Assembly (NCBI GenBank): GCA_951406725.2
Contig: OX597816.1
Coordinates: 92,752,001 to 92,816,000, forward strand
DNA: 64,000 bases
Origin: Octopus vulgaris
Taxonomy: Eukaryota
Direction of reading: 5' to 3'
Shown here: positions 1-11,317 of the stretch, one piece after another
How positions within the stretch are numbered: the stretch's first letter is position 1
Layout of the letters: every line of letters starts with the position of its first letter
Position numbers and translations under genes: made by a program
The notes under the pieces: model-generated
What the model was told of the DNA's origin: nothing
Database searches by the model: none
What the model saw: the letters and a program-made list of their open reading frames with translations, nothing else

Positions 1-206
1 TTAGACAGAAATAGCTTTATTGTTAACACGATATTCGTAAAGGAAGATTACATAACATCAGAAAAAATTGACAAATTAGCCTTATTAAAGTAGAAGTACC
101 TACCGTAAAAATACAACACCAAACATTGCGTACTTAATTCTGGTTATATAATACTAGACAGACATATGGGAATATATATGAGTCTATATATATATATATA
201 TATATA

Positions 207-374
207 TCGACCCCCGGAATTTTTCTTTGTAAGTCTTGTACTTATTCTATCGGTCTCTTTTTCCGAACCGCTAGGTTACGGGGACATAAGCACTCCAACA
301 TCGGTTGTCAAGCGATGGCAGGGAGACACACACACACAAACACACACATACATATACATATGTACATACAATTA

Positions 375-415
<41 letters not shown>

Positions 416-556
416 TTCCGTCTACCGAACTCACTCACAAGGCTTTGGTCGGCTCGACTCTATAGTAGAAGATATTTGCCCAAAGTTCCACGTAGTGGGA
501 CTGTACCCAGGACTATGGTTTGGGAAACAAGCTTCTTACCACACGGTTACGCCTCC
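207..556 (-). mobile_element. Octopus-SINE (tRNA-derived head, internal CA/TA microsatellite), 3' tail truncated
   Basis: Reverse complement of the repeat at 10141, 18315, 56949 and 63262 (ccgaaccgctaggttacggggac; actcacaaggctttggtcgg; gtgggactg). Confidence 0.9.
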
Positions 557-597
<41 letters not shown>

Positions 598-611
598 CAC
601 ACACACACAAA

Positions 612-698
612 CGCAACGTGCCACCCGATCTGAGAATCGAACCCACGATTTAGTGATCGTGAGTGCGACAGTCTAACCACTAGGCCACGTGCTTTCAC
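612..698 (-). mobile_element. tRNA-derived SINE head of a second family
   Basis: Minus strand gtgaaagcacgtggcctagtggttag...gggttcgattc gives A and B boxes; similar heads at 38455-38529 and 55347-55423. Confidence 0.7.
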
Positions 699-785
699 TA
701 ATACATATATATATATATATATATAATGTATGTATGTATAAATATATGTATGTATAAATATATATCAAATATATATATATTCACT

Positions 786-994
786 CAGCTGTAGAAATGA
801 GTTGCGACGTCACTGGTGCTAAGCTGTATCGACCTTTGTCTTTCCCTTGGATAACACTGGTGGCGTGGAGAGGGGGGGGCTGGTATGCATGGGCGACTGC
901 TGGTCTTCCATAGACAACCTCGCCCGGACTTGTGTCTAGAAGGGTAACTTTCTAGGTGCAATCCCATGGTCTGTGTCGTGACCGAAGGGGTCTC
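786..994 (+). mobile_element. 3' part of a SINE with an RTE-like body and tail
   Basis: GC-richer block between TA tracts; ctagaagggtaact resembles 37202-37217; ends in a tcg-tgac-cga hairpin like the RTE LINE tail at 62236. Confidence 0.6.
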
Positions 995-1240
995 CGATAT
1001 ATATCATACAGTACGTGCACGCGCACACACACATATACACACACTCACGTACGCAGAACTCACGCATTATTAATTACGAATAGGTTTAAGTGAATAAATT
1101 CTTTCTCTGATTCCAAAACCAAGTACAAGTACAAAATGCAAGACAGTTTGTAGCCTCTACAGGTAAGTATAAAATTCTCGTGTCTTCTGCTACTAAACCC
1201 CAAGTAGTGGCGTACTGCAAAAAATCCACTAGAAAGTTGA

Positions 1241-1319
<79 letters not shown>

Positions 1320-1322
<3 letters not shown>

Positions 1323-1851
1323 GGTCAGGCAAAATGATCTGACACATTTTTAGGTTAAATAAAAGGCATTGGTTTTCGTTTCTTTTTCAGTTGCTGCCAT
1401 GAGTTGGACTGGTGAGCATCGCGTTTTCATTGTGGAAACGTTTATCAAAACAAACGATTCTGTAACTGCAACACAAAGAGCGTTCCGTTTGCACTTCAAT
1501 CTTGGTAGACATGATCCCGTTCCAGCTCGAAACACGATCTTGTTATGGGTTACCAACTTCAGAGCTACTGGATCTGCATTGAAACGAAAATCAACCGGCC
1601 GACTAAAGATGCAATTCAAGAAATTAGTGCCATTCCACATGAAATGACCCGCCGAGTTATTGATAACTTTCGTGAACGCCTTCGACAGTGTGTGGAGAAT
1701 AATGGATCCCATTTGACTGATTTAATTTTTAAAACATAATGAAACAAAATGGCATTATATGTACTTTTCAAAAATAAAAACACTTTTTTGTTTCTTTACT
1801 TCATTTGCCTTTTATTTAACCTACAAATGTGTCAGATCATTTTGCCTGACC

Positions 1852-1854
<3 letters not shown>
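1320..1854 (+). mobile_element. Internally deleted Tc1/mariner-superfamily DNA transposon (DUF4817-like HTH N-terminus abutting transposase C-terminus)
   Basis: About 50-bp TIRs cagggtcaggcaaaatgatctgacacattt / aaatgtgtcagatcattttgcctgaccctg inside a (TA)n tract; ORF MSWTGEHRVFIVETFIKTNDSVTATQRAFRLHF...KRKSTGR, then KDAIQEISAIPHEMTRRVIDNFRERLRQCVENNGSHL in another frame; DDE region absent. Confidence 0.9.
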
Positions 1855-1896
<42 letters not shown>

Positions 1897-1916
1897 CATA
1901 CATACATACATACATA

Positions 1917-2126
1917 CAAGGTGGGGCTGAAAAGTTCCTGGCTTTGGGTGAAAGAAAATACAGGAGGATCAGTTAGTTATGATTTCAGTCAACATGTTTC
2001 CCTCTCAGATTCACACATTTATTGCAGCGGTCCCTCAGTTTTTCTAAGCCCTGTAAAAGAAGGCTGGGTCTCCAACTAGGCCTTTTGCGCTACCCTTAAA
2101 GCCAGGAACCTTTTAGCATACCCTCG
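1917..2126 (-). mobile_element. Mariner-derived MITE, copy 1
   Basis: TIRs similar to cgagggggtgctgaaaagttcctggctt; minus strand retains degenerate mariner C-terminal codons; same family at 7111 and 40789. Confidence 0.85.
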
Positions 2127-2216
2127 TGTGTGCGCATGTATGTATGTGTGTATGTGTATGTATGCATATATAGAGATAGAGAAGGAAGATAGAGAAAGAG
2201 AGAGATAAACAAACAC

Positions 2217-2322
2217 AGGCGAAGGGGTGGCTGTGTGGTAAGAGGCTTGCTTCCCAACCACATGGTTCAAGCATGGCCGTAGTCAAATGACTGGGAGAAC
2301 TAAAAGAATACAAGAATAAAAT
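2217..2322 (+). mobile_element. Octopus-SINE with large internal deletion (head joined to tail)
   Basis: aggcgaaggggtggctgtgtggtaag...ccacatggttc runs directly into agcatggccgtagtcaaatgactg and an aaaagaata tail. Confidence 0.8.
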
Positions 2323-2702
2323 AATACATATGAGAAATGATGAGCGCTTCAAATATAATGGATAACTATGCTTTTAACGTTGTCGCCGCTATTTTACTAC
2401 TGCGATGATCCTAAAGATTGGTGAATATCGGCATTTTAAAACAAATATCTTACAAATAAGTGAGAGATAGAACATTGAAAACCAGAGTATACAGCTAATA
2501 CGTTGTTGCCGGTTTAGTTTAAGTTCGTATCTTCATAATTCCACATTTTTCATTCGATTCCTGTTGGGTACTGCTTTCATATGAAATATATTGTAGCTAC
2601 TTTTGTACTTAGTGAGTAAGAATGTTTACCCAGTGTTCAGATGATTAAGTAAGGCACTCTTCATACATAGCTTTACCACTATTTTATGTAATGCTTTTTC
2701 AG

Positions 2703-3182
2703 CCAGTCATGCATTAACTCATCAAACTATACATCATGTTACTCACCTGCATTTCTATTTTGTGTTCTGTCTTTTCGCTTGGAAAAGCCTTTGAACATGT
2801 AAGCACTACATAAGCCGCTGCGATGTTCCTGTTGGACAGGTAAAAATGTATGATACAGTCATTATCAATCAAAAGATCAATCGAGACAGCTTTAACCCTA
2901 ATTCTCCGGGTCTAATGTCTGTTATTAATGGGTGTGATTTATAGCTTCACCTGGTTGCAGGATGTTGTGTAACATTTTGCTGTGAGTGGTTGCTGCACTT
3001 CACAAATTCAGCCCCCAACTCCGTAAAACAGGTCCTCAAATGTATTCAACAAGGATTTCACCTGCCTTGAAATACTGCTTCAGGTCTTTGGCAAACAAAA
3101 TCAGTCATTTCGAATTGGATGTTCAAGATTTCATGTATCGCCTCTTTGTAGAATGTAAAGACATTTTGTTGTCAAAGTCAAC
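2703..3182 (+). pseudogene. Two decayed exon-like segments (2703-2839, 2945-3182) of an unidentified Cys-spaced protein family
   Basis: Acceptor tttttcag|2703, donor cag|gtaaaa 2840, acceptor ttatag|2945, donor |gtaaga 3183. Reads LIKLYIMLLTCISILCSVFSLGKAF/TCKHYISRCDVPVGQ|LHLVAGCCVTFCCEWLLHFTNSAPNSVKQVLKCIQQGFHL/LEILLQVFGK with stops and frameshifts. Similar to 3902, 4202, 6500 and 16706. Confidence 0.5.
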
Positions 3183-3901
3183 GTAAGATTTTATTTTTGC
3201 GCTGTTCTTTACCATTTCAATTTGCGCGTTAATATTATAACATGAGGATTCTGCTGAAGACAACATTTTTGCTATTGAACTTTTAAAGCAAATAGTTCGT
3301 TCAGAGAAATACATCTGAGACAGATGACAGCCTCCAGTGATTATTCGTTCAAGTAAATTTCAATGTTTCATGCTTTGCAATGTGAGATAACTGACATATT
3401 GACAATCACCTATATCCCCTTGACGTATATAGATTTAGGCAATGTAATTTCCTTCAATCAACTATCAACATTTAATTAACCAGAACAGTTTGTGACTGTA
3501 TCCCTGTTGTGCTCTTGTTACGTAATTTAATTTGTAAGATGTAAAATGATTCTTTCAAACTTCATATTGAAAATATTTGACAATTTCTATTTCTCTCTCT
3601 TTTTTATAGATACTTCATTTCTTCACACTGACACTAACTTTATATAAACTCTTTTTATTTTGATATGATCTAGTGTATTTAATAACCATGGATCGACTGG
3701 CTCGAAATAGGTATATTAAAAATACTCGTTTAGCGACCATACGAGATCTGAAAGATACAAGTTTACTCTGATGGAATTTTAATTCAGAAACCCTACATTT
3801 ACATCAATGAGGAACTCTACATGGCAATGGGACGCTAACCGAATGATAATATTTATTTTAAAGGATAATATTGATTTTAAAAATTGGCATTTACTTCGCA
3901 G

Positions 3902-4043
3902 CTTCATCAAAACCGACTTTTCAAACCGGTTTTGTGGAACATTGAGAGGTACTGTTTTTTTTTTTCCTATATATCATGCGCCGAGTTCTTTGATTGATTT
4001 CATATATTCAAAAACTTCTTTATATATAAGAAATACTTTATAA
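3902..4043 (+). pseudogene. Degenerate paralog of the 2945 exon-like segment
   Basis: Same ag|cttca start; CGTLRGTVFFFPIYHAPSSL aligns without gaps to CVTFCCEWLLHFTNSAPNSV; shared nucleotide anchors ttgtg.aacatt, tattcaa.aa and gaaatact. Confidence 0.5.
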
Positions 4044-4201
4044 AGACAAAGATATCCGAAGTCATGAAAAAGTAGCAATTGAAGTTCTAATACATTCATA
4101 TGTAACTAATAAAAATAACTAATTAAATTAAACCTGGAATATTCATGATATCTGTTTGATCTCTTTAAGTCAGAGTAATTAAAATTTGATCATTCCTACA
4201 G

Positions 4202-4315
4202 GTTGGAAATTTAGCTGACAAGTGCTTTGACAGTACAGTTCACTTCGTGGAAACTGTACTGAAGCTTGGAAGTAGATTATATTCTTGGTTTTTCTGGCAA
4301 AAAGAAAAACTATAA
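4202..4315 (+). CDS. Putative terminal coding exon VGNLADKCFDSTVHFVETVLKLGSRLYSWFFWQKEKL* (unknown family, probably part of a pseudogene)
   Basis: Acceptor cattcctacag|; open in phase 0 to TAA 4313-4315; paralog at 5579-5638 has the same acceptor-to-KC spacing and a homologous stop context (tataattac). Confidence 0.5.
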   Translation, partial: VGNLADKCFDSTVHFVETVLKLGSRLYSWFFWQKEKL

Positions 4316-5578
4316 TTACTAAGAGCAGGGATAGTAAATAAAATTGGTTGTCTGTGCATCGTATTATATATAATGATTTACAGCAATGAATATTCGGGTT
4401 TGTTTGCGAATTCATTTTATATTGATTTATCAATGCACAGAAATATACATATTTTTGTGCACGAAGTATTTTTATATTCACAACGTAAACCAGATTATAT
4501 TCTACTAGTAATGTAAAACATTCCAATTTATATATTTATTTTTAGATTACATATGATATAATTGATACATTTTTTTATGTAAAATACCACATAAAATATT
4601 GCTAAATCACGATTTCTGTGTCTGACGTACAAAAGCTACACAAAACATAAGTACAAAATAAATTGTAATATATCACGTGACTTACATTATTCTAAAACAT
4701 TTCTGAAAATATATAGCATTATATCAATATCAGTCCTTTTTACTTCACCTTTCAGATTTATTTGAGAATATTTTTCTGTAAATCCCAAACAACAAATGGG
4801 AATCAAATTATTTCCTCGATATGTTCGCATATGGACGCATACATTCATACATTTGTGTACATATGTACTCACATGTATATAATATATAAATTGTGTGTGT
4901 GTGTATGTATGTATGTATGTATGCATGCATGCCATATATGTGTTCGTGTACACACACGCACACGCACACACACACACACACACACTCACATACGCACACA
5001 CACACATATGTGTCTGTTCGCCTGTTTATATGTATGTATCATGATACTGCTTGCAGCGATAGTAATAAGTTTGATACACTTTACAATAAACCACCGGGTC
5101 AGTACAAAGAGTAATTTCAATTAAATGTATACATACATATATATACACACGCACTAACACATACATACATGTGTGTGTGTGTGTATGCGTATGTATGTAC
5201 ATACGCAGACAATTAAATATATGTGAGTATAGACAGAAAAATTGATAGATAGATTGAGAGATTAATAGATACAGAGATAGATGGACAGGCACATATGGAG
5301 AGGTAGATAGGTAAATAGAGAGATACACACACATTCATACATACATACATAAATACATGCATACATACATATATACATATGTAAATGAATATGTGTGTAT
5401 AAATGACTGACTGGATGGATGGATGAGTGGGCGGACGGACGGATAAGTGTGGTGATGAAGCTCACTACATAACTATGCTTCGAGATCCAATCATATAGGA
5501 CAGTGACAAGAGCAATATACTTATTACTATAGCCTCTAGCTGACCAACCCTTTGTTAGCGAAATTCACTCCACAGCAG

Positions 5579-5900
5579 CTATTCTGGTGCACTTACAAAT
5601 GCATAGACCAAGGATTAAAGTTAGTAAAGGAAGTATAATTACCTAGAATGTGAGTAATAACTAGAATTGGTTTTCTGCATATTATACTCTATTATTATAC
5701 AATGATTTGCAATAATACAATGCGAAGTTTGTCTGCGGTAAAATTTGTACCAGTTCACTATAAATGCATAGAATTATGCATATTTTTGCGCATGGTATGT
5801 ATTTATATACACAAACTTAATATCATTATACTTTGCAATTGATATTAGATATTCAAATAATTTCTTAGTTTTCATATCATAAATGGTATGCATTTTCATA
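5579..5900 (+). pseudogene. Duplicated terminal exon (LFWCTYKCIDQGLKLVKEV*, 5579-5638) plus homologous 3' UTR
   Basis: cacagcag| acceptor; 5639-5900 aligns with 4316-4570 via collinear anchors (aattggtt.tctg, aatgattt.ca, gtttgt.tgcg, aatgca.agaa.tat.catatttttg.gca, tttatat.cacaa). Confidence 0.65.
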
Positions 5901-6311
5901 TAACTATTTGAATTCTTACTACTTAGAAGAGTTTAGTTCTTAACAAAGATACGACTCCATTTCTTGGACAATAGTGATTATGTTAAAAGTTCAACTTTAT
6001 GAAAAGGTTGCATATATTTGCTGTTACACTTATTGACTATATTTGTAAAGTTGGTCTTAGCTGATCATTTTCTTTACCCGAAGATCCTAATTTGCCCAGA
6101 TGGTCACTAAAGCATTTAGTAACATTTTAGTATGCCAATAATTATAGATATAGACGTGATACTTAAAATCAATGTAGCGAATCTGAAGGTTTTAAAGCAG
6201 TCGTTCATATACATACATACATTTATATCTATATATATATAAAATACAAAATGGGTCAATAACGCAAAACATCTTACAACTAGGTGATACAAAAAAGGGA
6301 CAATAAAATAT

Positions 6312-6358
<47 letters not shown>

Positions 6359-6381
6359 GCAACCTACGTACACTTTGTTCT

Positions 6382-6436
<55 letters not shown>

Positions 6437-6499
6437 GGATCACTAATTTTGGATGGGATTTAGTCCACTGTCCGAAATAACTGTAAGGTCTGTGACGTT

Positions 6500-6654
6500 T
6501 GCACTATACAATCATTAACAGGAGCATTGGCAGTATCTATCCCAGAACAGTTTTTCATATGGGGAAATAGTATATTGTTTTATAGACAACATCATATAAC
6601 AGTACGAGGTTGAAACTTGATAAACATGTTTCGATAGCTGCTGAGGATATATAG
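6500..6654 (+). pseudogene. Decayed paralog of the 2703-2839 exon-like segment
   Basis: Collinear anchors with 2724-2843: actataca.tcat, tctat, ttttc...tgg, aacatgt, agc.gctg, ag|gtaa; reads SFSYGEIVYCFIDNII*...TCFDSC* with several stops. Confidence 0.45.
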
Positions 6655-6854
6655 GTAATGTCTTCCATAGAAGTGTGACAAAAGCGAACTTTGTTTTCAC
6701 TTTGTTTTCGAACTTTGTTTTCACTTATGTTGCTTGTTTGTGTGAACGTAAGCATGTATATATATTTATATAATATACATATTCAGATATATGTTTGTGA
6801 GTGCTGTATGTGTATGTTTGTATATATATGTGTGTGTGTGTGTGTGTAGTTAAT

Positions 6855-7056
6855 CCAAACATGAACAAAGAGAAATCATAACGCGAGGACGTGGAACAAG
6901 TATAGTGTTATTGTACGCTCAGGAAAAGAAAGAAAGAAAGAAGGAGGATTTAACGTTTCGAGCGGAGCTCTTCATCAGAAACATAGGAAAAGGAAGGGTC
7001 CAAGGAAGGGAAGACGGAGAAAGAAAATCGCCAACGATACACATGTAGTCACATAT
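6855..7056 (-). mobile_element. Penelope-like terminal-repeat fragment
   Basis: Contains a minimal hammerhead core on the minus strand, typical of Penelope-like pseudo-LTRs; bounded by TG and TA microsatellites. Confidence 0.6.
6948..6982 (-). ncRNA. Minimal type I hammerhead ribozyme motif
   Basis: Minus strand GUUU-CUGAUGA-A-GAGC-UCC-GCUC-GAAACGUU-AAAU: intact core, 4-bp stem II, palindromic ACGU in place of stem III, short stem I. Confidence 0.75.
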
Positions 7057-7110
7057 TATATATATATACACACTCGTATATATATATATATATATATACA
7101 TACATACAAA

Positions 7111-7335
7111 CGAGGGGGTGCTAAAAAGCTCCTGGCTTTGGGTAAAAGAAAATACAGGAGAATCACTTAATTATGAATTTATTCAGCATATTCCCATCTC
7201 AGATTGAAACACTTATTGCAGCATGCAGCAGTCCTTCAATTTTTCAAAGCCTTTGAACAATGACTCGGAAGTTTTGGCATCCAACTAGGTCATTCGCGAC
7301 ACCCTTAAAGTCAGGAACTTTTCAGCACCCCCTCG
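7111..7335 (-). mobile_element. Mariner-derived MITE, copy 2
   Basis: TIRs cgagggggtgctaaaaagctcctggcttt / aaagtcaggaacttttcagcaccccctcg followed by TA. Confidence 0.9.
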
Positions 7336-7874
7336 TAAATACATATACAAAATACAGCAACTAATCGTAATTCTACACATTTTGTACATGTTCTAGTTTT
7401 TTGCCTTTTTAACAAATATAGAAAGCTCTTACGTGTGGAAATAACCAAACGTAATGACTGCATTTTGATCAGTAAGTAGCAGAAAGCTAGCACACAATAA
7501 TAAAGAAGACTTAGGAGAAAATGATACCTTGTTTTATAGGATCTCTTATGCTATCATACTTCAAACATATAATGGGGTGGGCAGCTCAGTGGAATGTAGT
7601 TTACTGATTTTATTCGTTTGAATCGTATTTTTATTGACAGTAAAGAAATTACAAACATTAAAAGTTTAAGTAAGATTTTGTGTACGGATACATTTGTAAC
7701 CTGTCAGATAACAGTTTAGTTAATAAATTTCTATGAGCACTTTTGCTGGCCCATTAACATAATACGAATTTGTATTAACAACCACATTTATGACGTGTTA
7801 ATAGATAGAAACACAGACGCATGCACGCACAGATATTTTTGAATGCATGTATAGACGTATTTTTTTTTACTATA

Positions 7875-8016
7875 GGCAGAAGGACTGAAATTTGGGGAGG
7901 GGGAACCCAGTGCTCAACTGGTATTTTTTTACCTTTCTCGCTTTCGAGGAAAGGTCAAGTCGATTTTGGTGGTATTTCTTAACCGGGGTGCTTAAAATTA
8001 TGCCAGCTCGCCGTCT
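7875..8016 (-). mobile_element. Degenerate, internally deleted Meta-domain-like SINE
   Basis: cccagtgctcaactggta, gaaaggtcaagtcga and tgccagctcgccg match the element at 25003-25311. Confidence 0.6.
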
Positions 8017-8695
8017 CATTGGGCTATTAATAATAATAAAAACGTATATATATATACATCTACATGTAGCATAGCTATGCATGTATTTATTTATACTTAC
8101 ATACTTTCACTCACACACGCACATACATTCATAAATCCAGAGGAGGACTAAACATATCTGCAATTCTTATAGTTATATCATACTCAACAAGAAATTGTAA
8201 ATTTAACCTCTTCATCTATAACCCATAAGAATTATACTGAAATATACACGCTAACAGAAACTTCCCTGAAGACTTTCTAACTCATAAATCATAAATCCTT
8301 CTATATTTTACCTTGTCAGTCAAACTAGTGTCACTACTAAAATAAAAAAGGAAAAAAGAAAAAGCAAGCATTATACTCTACGAATCTAGATTTGCAAAAC
8401 ATCTTGTGTTCATTTCCTTGCCATCTAAGCAACAATTTCCTTTCTGCTCTGATGCCTTCAAAGACTGAGATTCACAAACACATCTTACAAACAATCTTTC
8501 TGATTGAAATTCCAATCCTTTATTTTCTCCAGATTGAGTTTTACTCCAGCTTTTCTTGACGCAGGATTTGTGAAAGTTAATCTCCGTTTCTTTCTGCCGG
8601 AAATTCCTACATGATTTTGTTACATAGAATCGTTCAGCCTTCGGATGATAAATAGTTCATTAAAAAGGAGGCGTTCTTTAAACTAATAAATGTGA

Positions 8696-8895
8696 GCCTC
8701 TTTTTACATACTTCAAAATGAGCCAAAAGGCAGCAAATCAAAGATTTTGGAATGCTGCCGGCAGCCCTCCACAAAAGGAACAAGGAAGCACGATAAAATA
8801 TGGTGTATGGAGGATAATTTCCAAAATGTGGGTTTTGCGGTGAAATGTGTGAATGCGCGAATAGATAACAAATGCTGGAAATTCCCGCATATGCG
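8696..8895 (+). CDS. Open Cys-rich exon-like frame, likely the same unknown family
   Basis: ASFYILQNEPKGSKSKILECCRQPSTKGTRKHDKIWCMEDNFQNVGFAVKCVNARIDNKCWKFPHMR ends at donor cg|gtaaga; WCMEDNF resembles YCFIDNI (6570) and PCLQNYF (16770). No clear acceptor. Confidence 0.35.
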
Positions 8896-9549
8896 GTAAG
8901 ATTGATAGGTGTCTGTGTTTCTGTATGAATGTTTGAGTGTGTGTATGCATGTGTGTGTGCGCGTTTACATGCATCCGTGTGCAGTTTGTCTCTATTACAG
9001 TAGTATATAAAGAAATAGGTAGGTAGGTAGGAAGGTATGTAGTTGAGAAATGAGAGAAATCAACGAGGAAATCTAACATTTTTCACACATGTAAGATCTA
9101 AATCTTACGTTATCTGATTGGATTCCCCATTTAGTGAGCTACTTACAAGACCTATACACATCGTGGTGCTTTATTTGGAAGTGATATAAGAGGAAAATGG
9201 CTACCCAAATGATCTATTAGAGACAGAAATGCTCTATTGATTGTACAGAAAGGATTGTTGTATGTTTATTAGCTTTCATATAAACATGGAGAAGAGATGT
9301 CAAGATAGGAATCAGATGACTTGATAATGTACTTACTTTATTGTTTCAAAAGAAACTTCTCTAACATCGCGGCTCAGCTTCTATTTATATTCCTGTTCTG
9401 AAGTAATTTACACTAACTCACATAGACATGCATCGATACATGCACATACCAATACAAACATACACAGACACGTATATATCTCTATATATTTGTATGTATG
9501 TACGTATGTATGTATTCATGTACATATGTATATGAATCTACATGTGTGC

Positions 9550-9584
<35 letters not shown>

Positions 9585-10140
9585 CACACACACACATGTG
9601 AATCTATATGTACATATATGTATACATATATGCACACATACACAAGAGGCTTGCGCAGGCACACACACTCACACACACATATATGTCCACACAGATATAA
9701 CCGTGATAACGAACTTACATGTATACGTACGTTGTTGTATATGCATATAGACACATGCACACACATGCACATGTAGTCGATAGTGTAAAGACAAATTCGT
9801 TACATTAATGTGTGACAACAGAGTCATCCACCTATCAGTTTAATCTTTATAAGTTTTGTTTGAGAGGTTATAAGTGCAGCAAGTACCCAGGAACTTAAAC
9901 TTTTAATGTTTATTAATTCTTTAACTGTTCAATAAAAACATAAGTCACGAATAAACTCGGTAGACTGTATTTGAATTGGCAGCCATCCTAGTTACATGTT
10001 TGAAGTATCATAGCATGAAAGATCCTATAAAACAAGACATGATGCCTTAAATTCTTTTCGCTCGGTATACGAGCATTGCAATTGGTTATTCCCACATGTG
10101 TTCTCCATTTATGACTGGGATAAAAAGACAACCAATTAAC

Positions 10141-10543
10141 AGGCGAAGGAATGGCTGTGTGATAAGTAGCTTGCTTACCAACCACATGGTTCCGGGTTCA
10201 GTCCCACTGCGTTGCACCTTGGGCAAGTGTCTTCTACTATAGCCTCGTATCGACCAAAGCCTTGTGAGTGGATTTAGTAGACGGAAACTGAAAGAAGACC
10301 GTCGTATATATGTATATACATGTGTGTGTTTGTGTGTCTGTGTTTGTCCCACCAACATCGCTTGACAACCGATGCTGGTGTGTTTATGTCCCCGTAACTT
10401 AGCGGTTCGGCAAAAGAAACCGATAGAATAAGCACTATTCTTACAAAGAATAAGTCCTGGGGTTGATTTGTTCGACTAAAAGGCGGTTCTCCAGCATGGC
10501 CGCAGTCAAATGACTGGAACAAATAAAAGAGTATAAAAGAATA
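10141..10543 (+). mobile_element. Octopus-SINE, full length
   Basis: tRNA-like head with B box ggttcagtccc, accttgggcaagt motif, internal TG tract, body, aaaagagta-type tail. Confidence 0.95.
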
Positions 10544-10551
10544 TATACAAT

Positions 10552-10613
<62 letters not shown>

Positions 10614-10672
10614 GTGCGATTATACGTAACAAATCTATTTTAAATAGGCACACCGTAACTCAACATGGCTCA

Positions 10673-10856
10673 TAGGTGCAGTAGTTGTAATATAGTTAAG
10701 AAGCTTGCCTCACAGCCATGTGGTTTCAGGTTCAGTCCTACTGTTCAGCAACTTGCTCGCGTGTCTTCTACTATAGCTCCGGGTTGACATAAGCCTTATG
10801 AATGGGTTTGATAGACAGAAACTGAAAGAAGCCGGTCATGTATATGTGTGTGCGTT

Positions 10857-10860
<4 letters not shown>
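10673..10860 (+). mobile_element. Octopus-SINE 5' half, diverged
   Basis: ggttcagtccta...gtgtcttctactatagc...gaaactgaaagaagcc. Confidence 0.8.
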
Positions 10861-10898
<38 letters not shown>

Positions 10899-11317
10899 CG
10901 CACGCGCGAACTTTAGGTAAGTTATAATATGTTCGTGACATATTTCAACTTCTAAAGGCAAATTCGCTGCAGTTACCGTGACCCAAATAGAAAAAGAATG
11001 CTCTCCTAAGGTAAAAAATGTAAAAACACTATTTCGACCCAGTGTTGCCCTCTATCGGATTCCTAGACGCAGCATTTCTGATACTTTAGCTTTCCTCAAT
11101 GGGTATTTCTGCATCGCTATTTAAAATATCATTTTTTTTTTCTCAACGCTAACTACAGTGAATTTGCCTTTAGAAGTTGAAATAAGTCACATCTTTTAAC
11201 TAATCTGTAATTTACTTATGCTTAAACACAGCATGAAGCTGAAGGCACAAGCGTGACTGTGTGATAAGAAACTTGCTTTCCAACCACATGGATCCAGGTC
11301 CAGTCTCATTGTTTGAG

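Noticed and set aside
612-698. tRNA gene candidates in SINE heads
   Set aside because: They are part of SINE bodies and lack a full cloverleaf.
2747-2828. Minus-strand 82-nt exon candidate with cag|gtgagt donor
   Set aside because: The plus-strand reading is supported by paralogous segments; nothing else supports the minus strand.
2736-4315. Resemblance to conodipine-like or group XII secreted phospholipase A2
   Set aside because: No CxxHDxC catalytic motif in any frame, and the frame supported by paralogs differs from the one giving the resemblance.
4290-4322. Apparent GKK amidation signal after an amphipathic helix
   Set aside because: On recounting the T run, the frame reads SWFFWQKEKL*; GKK is out of frame.
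6685-6726. Short direct repeat cgaactttgttttcactt x2
   Set aside because: Simple local slippage duplication; not a CRISPR or other array.
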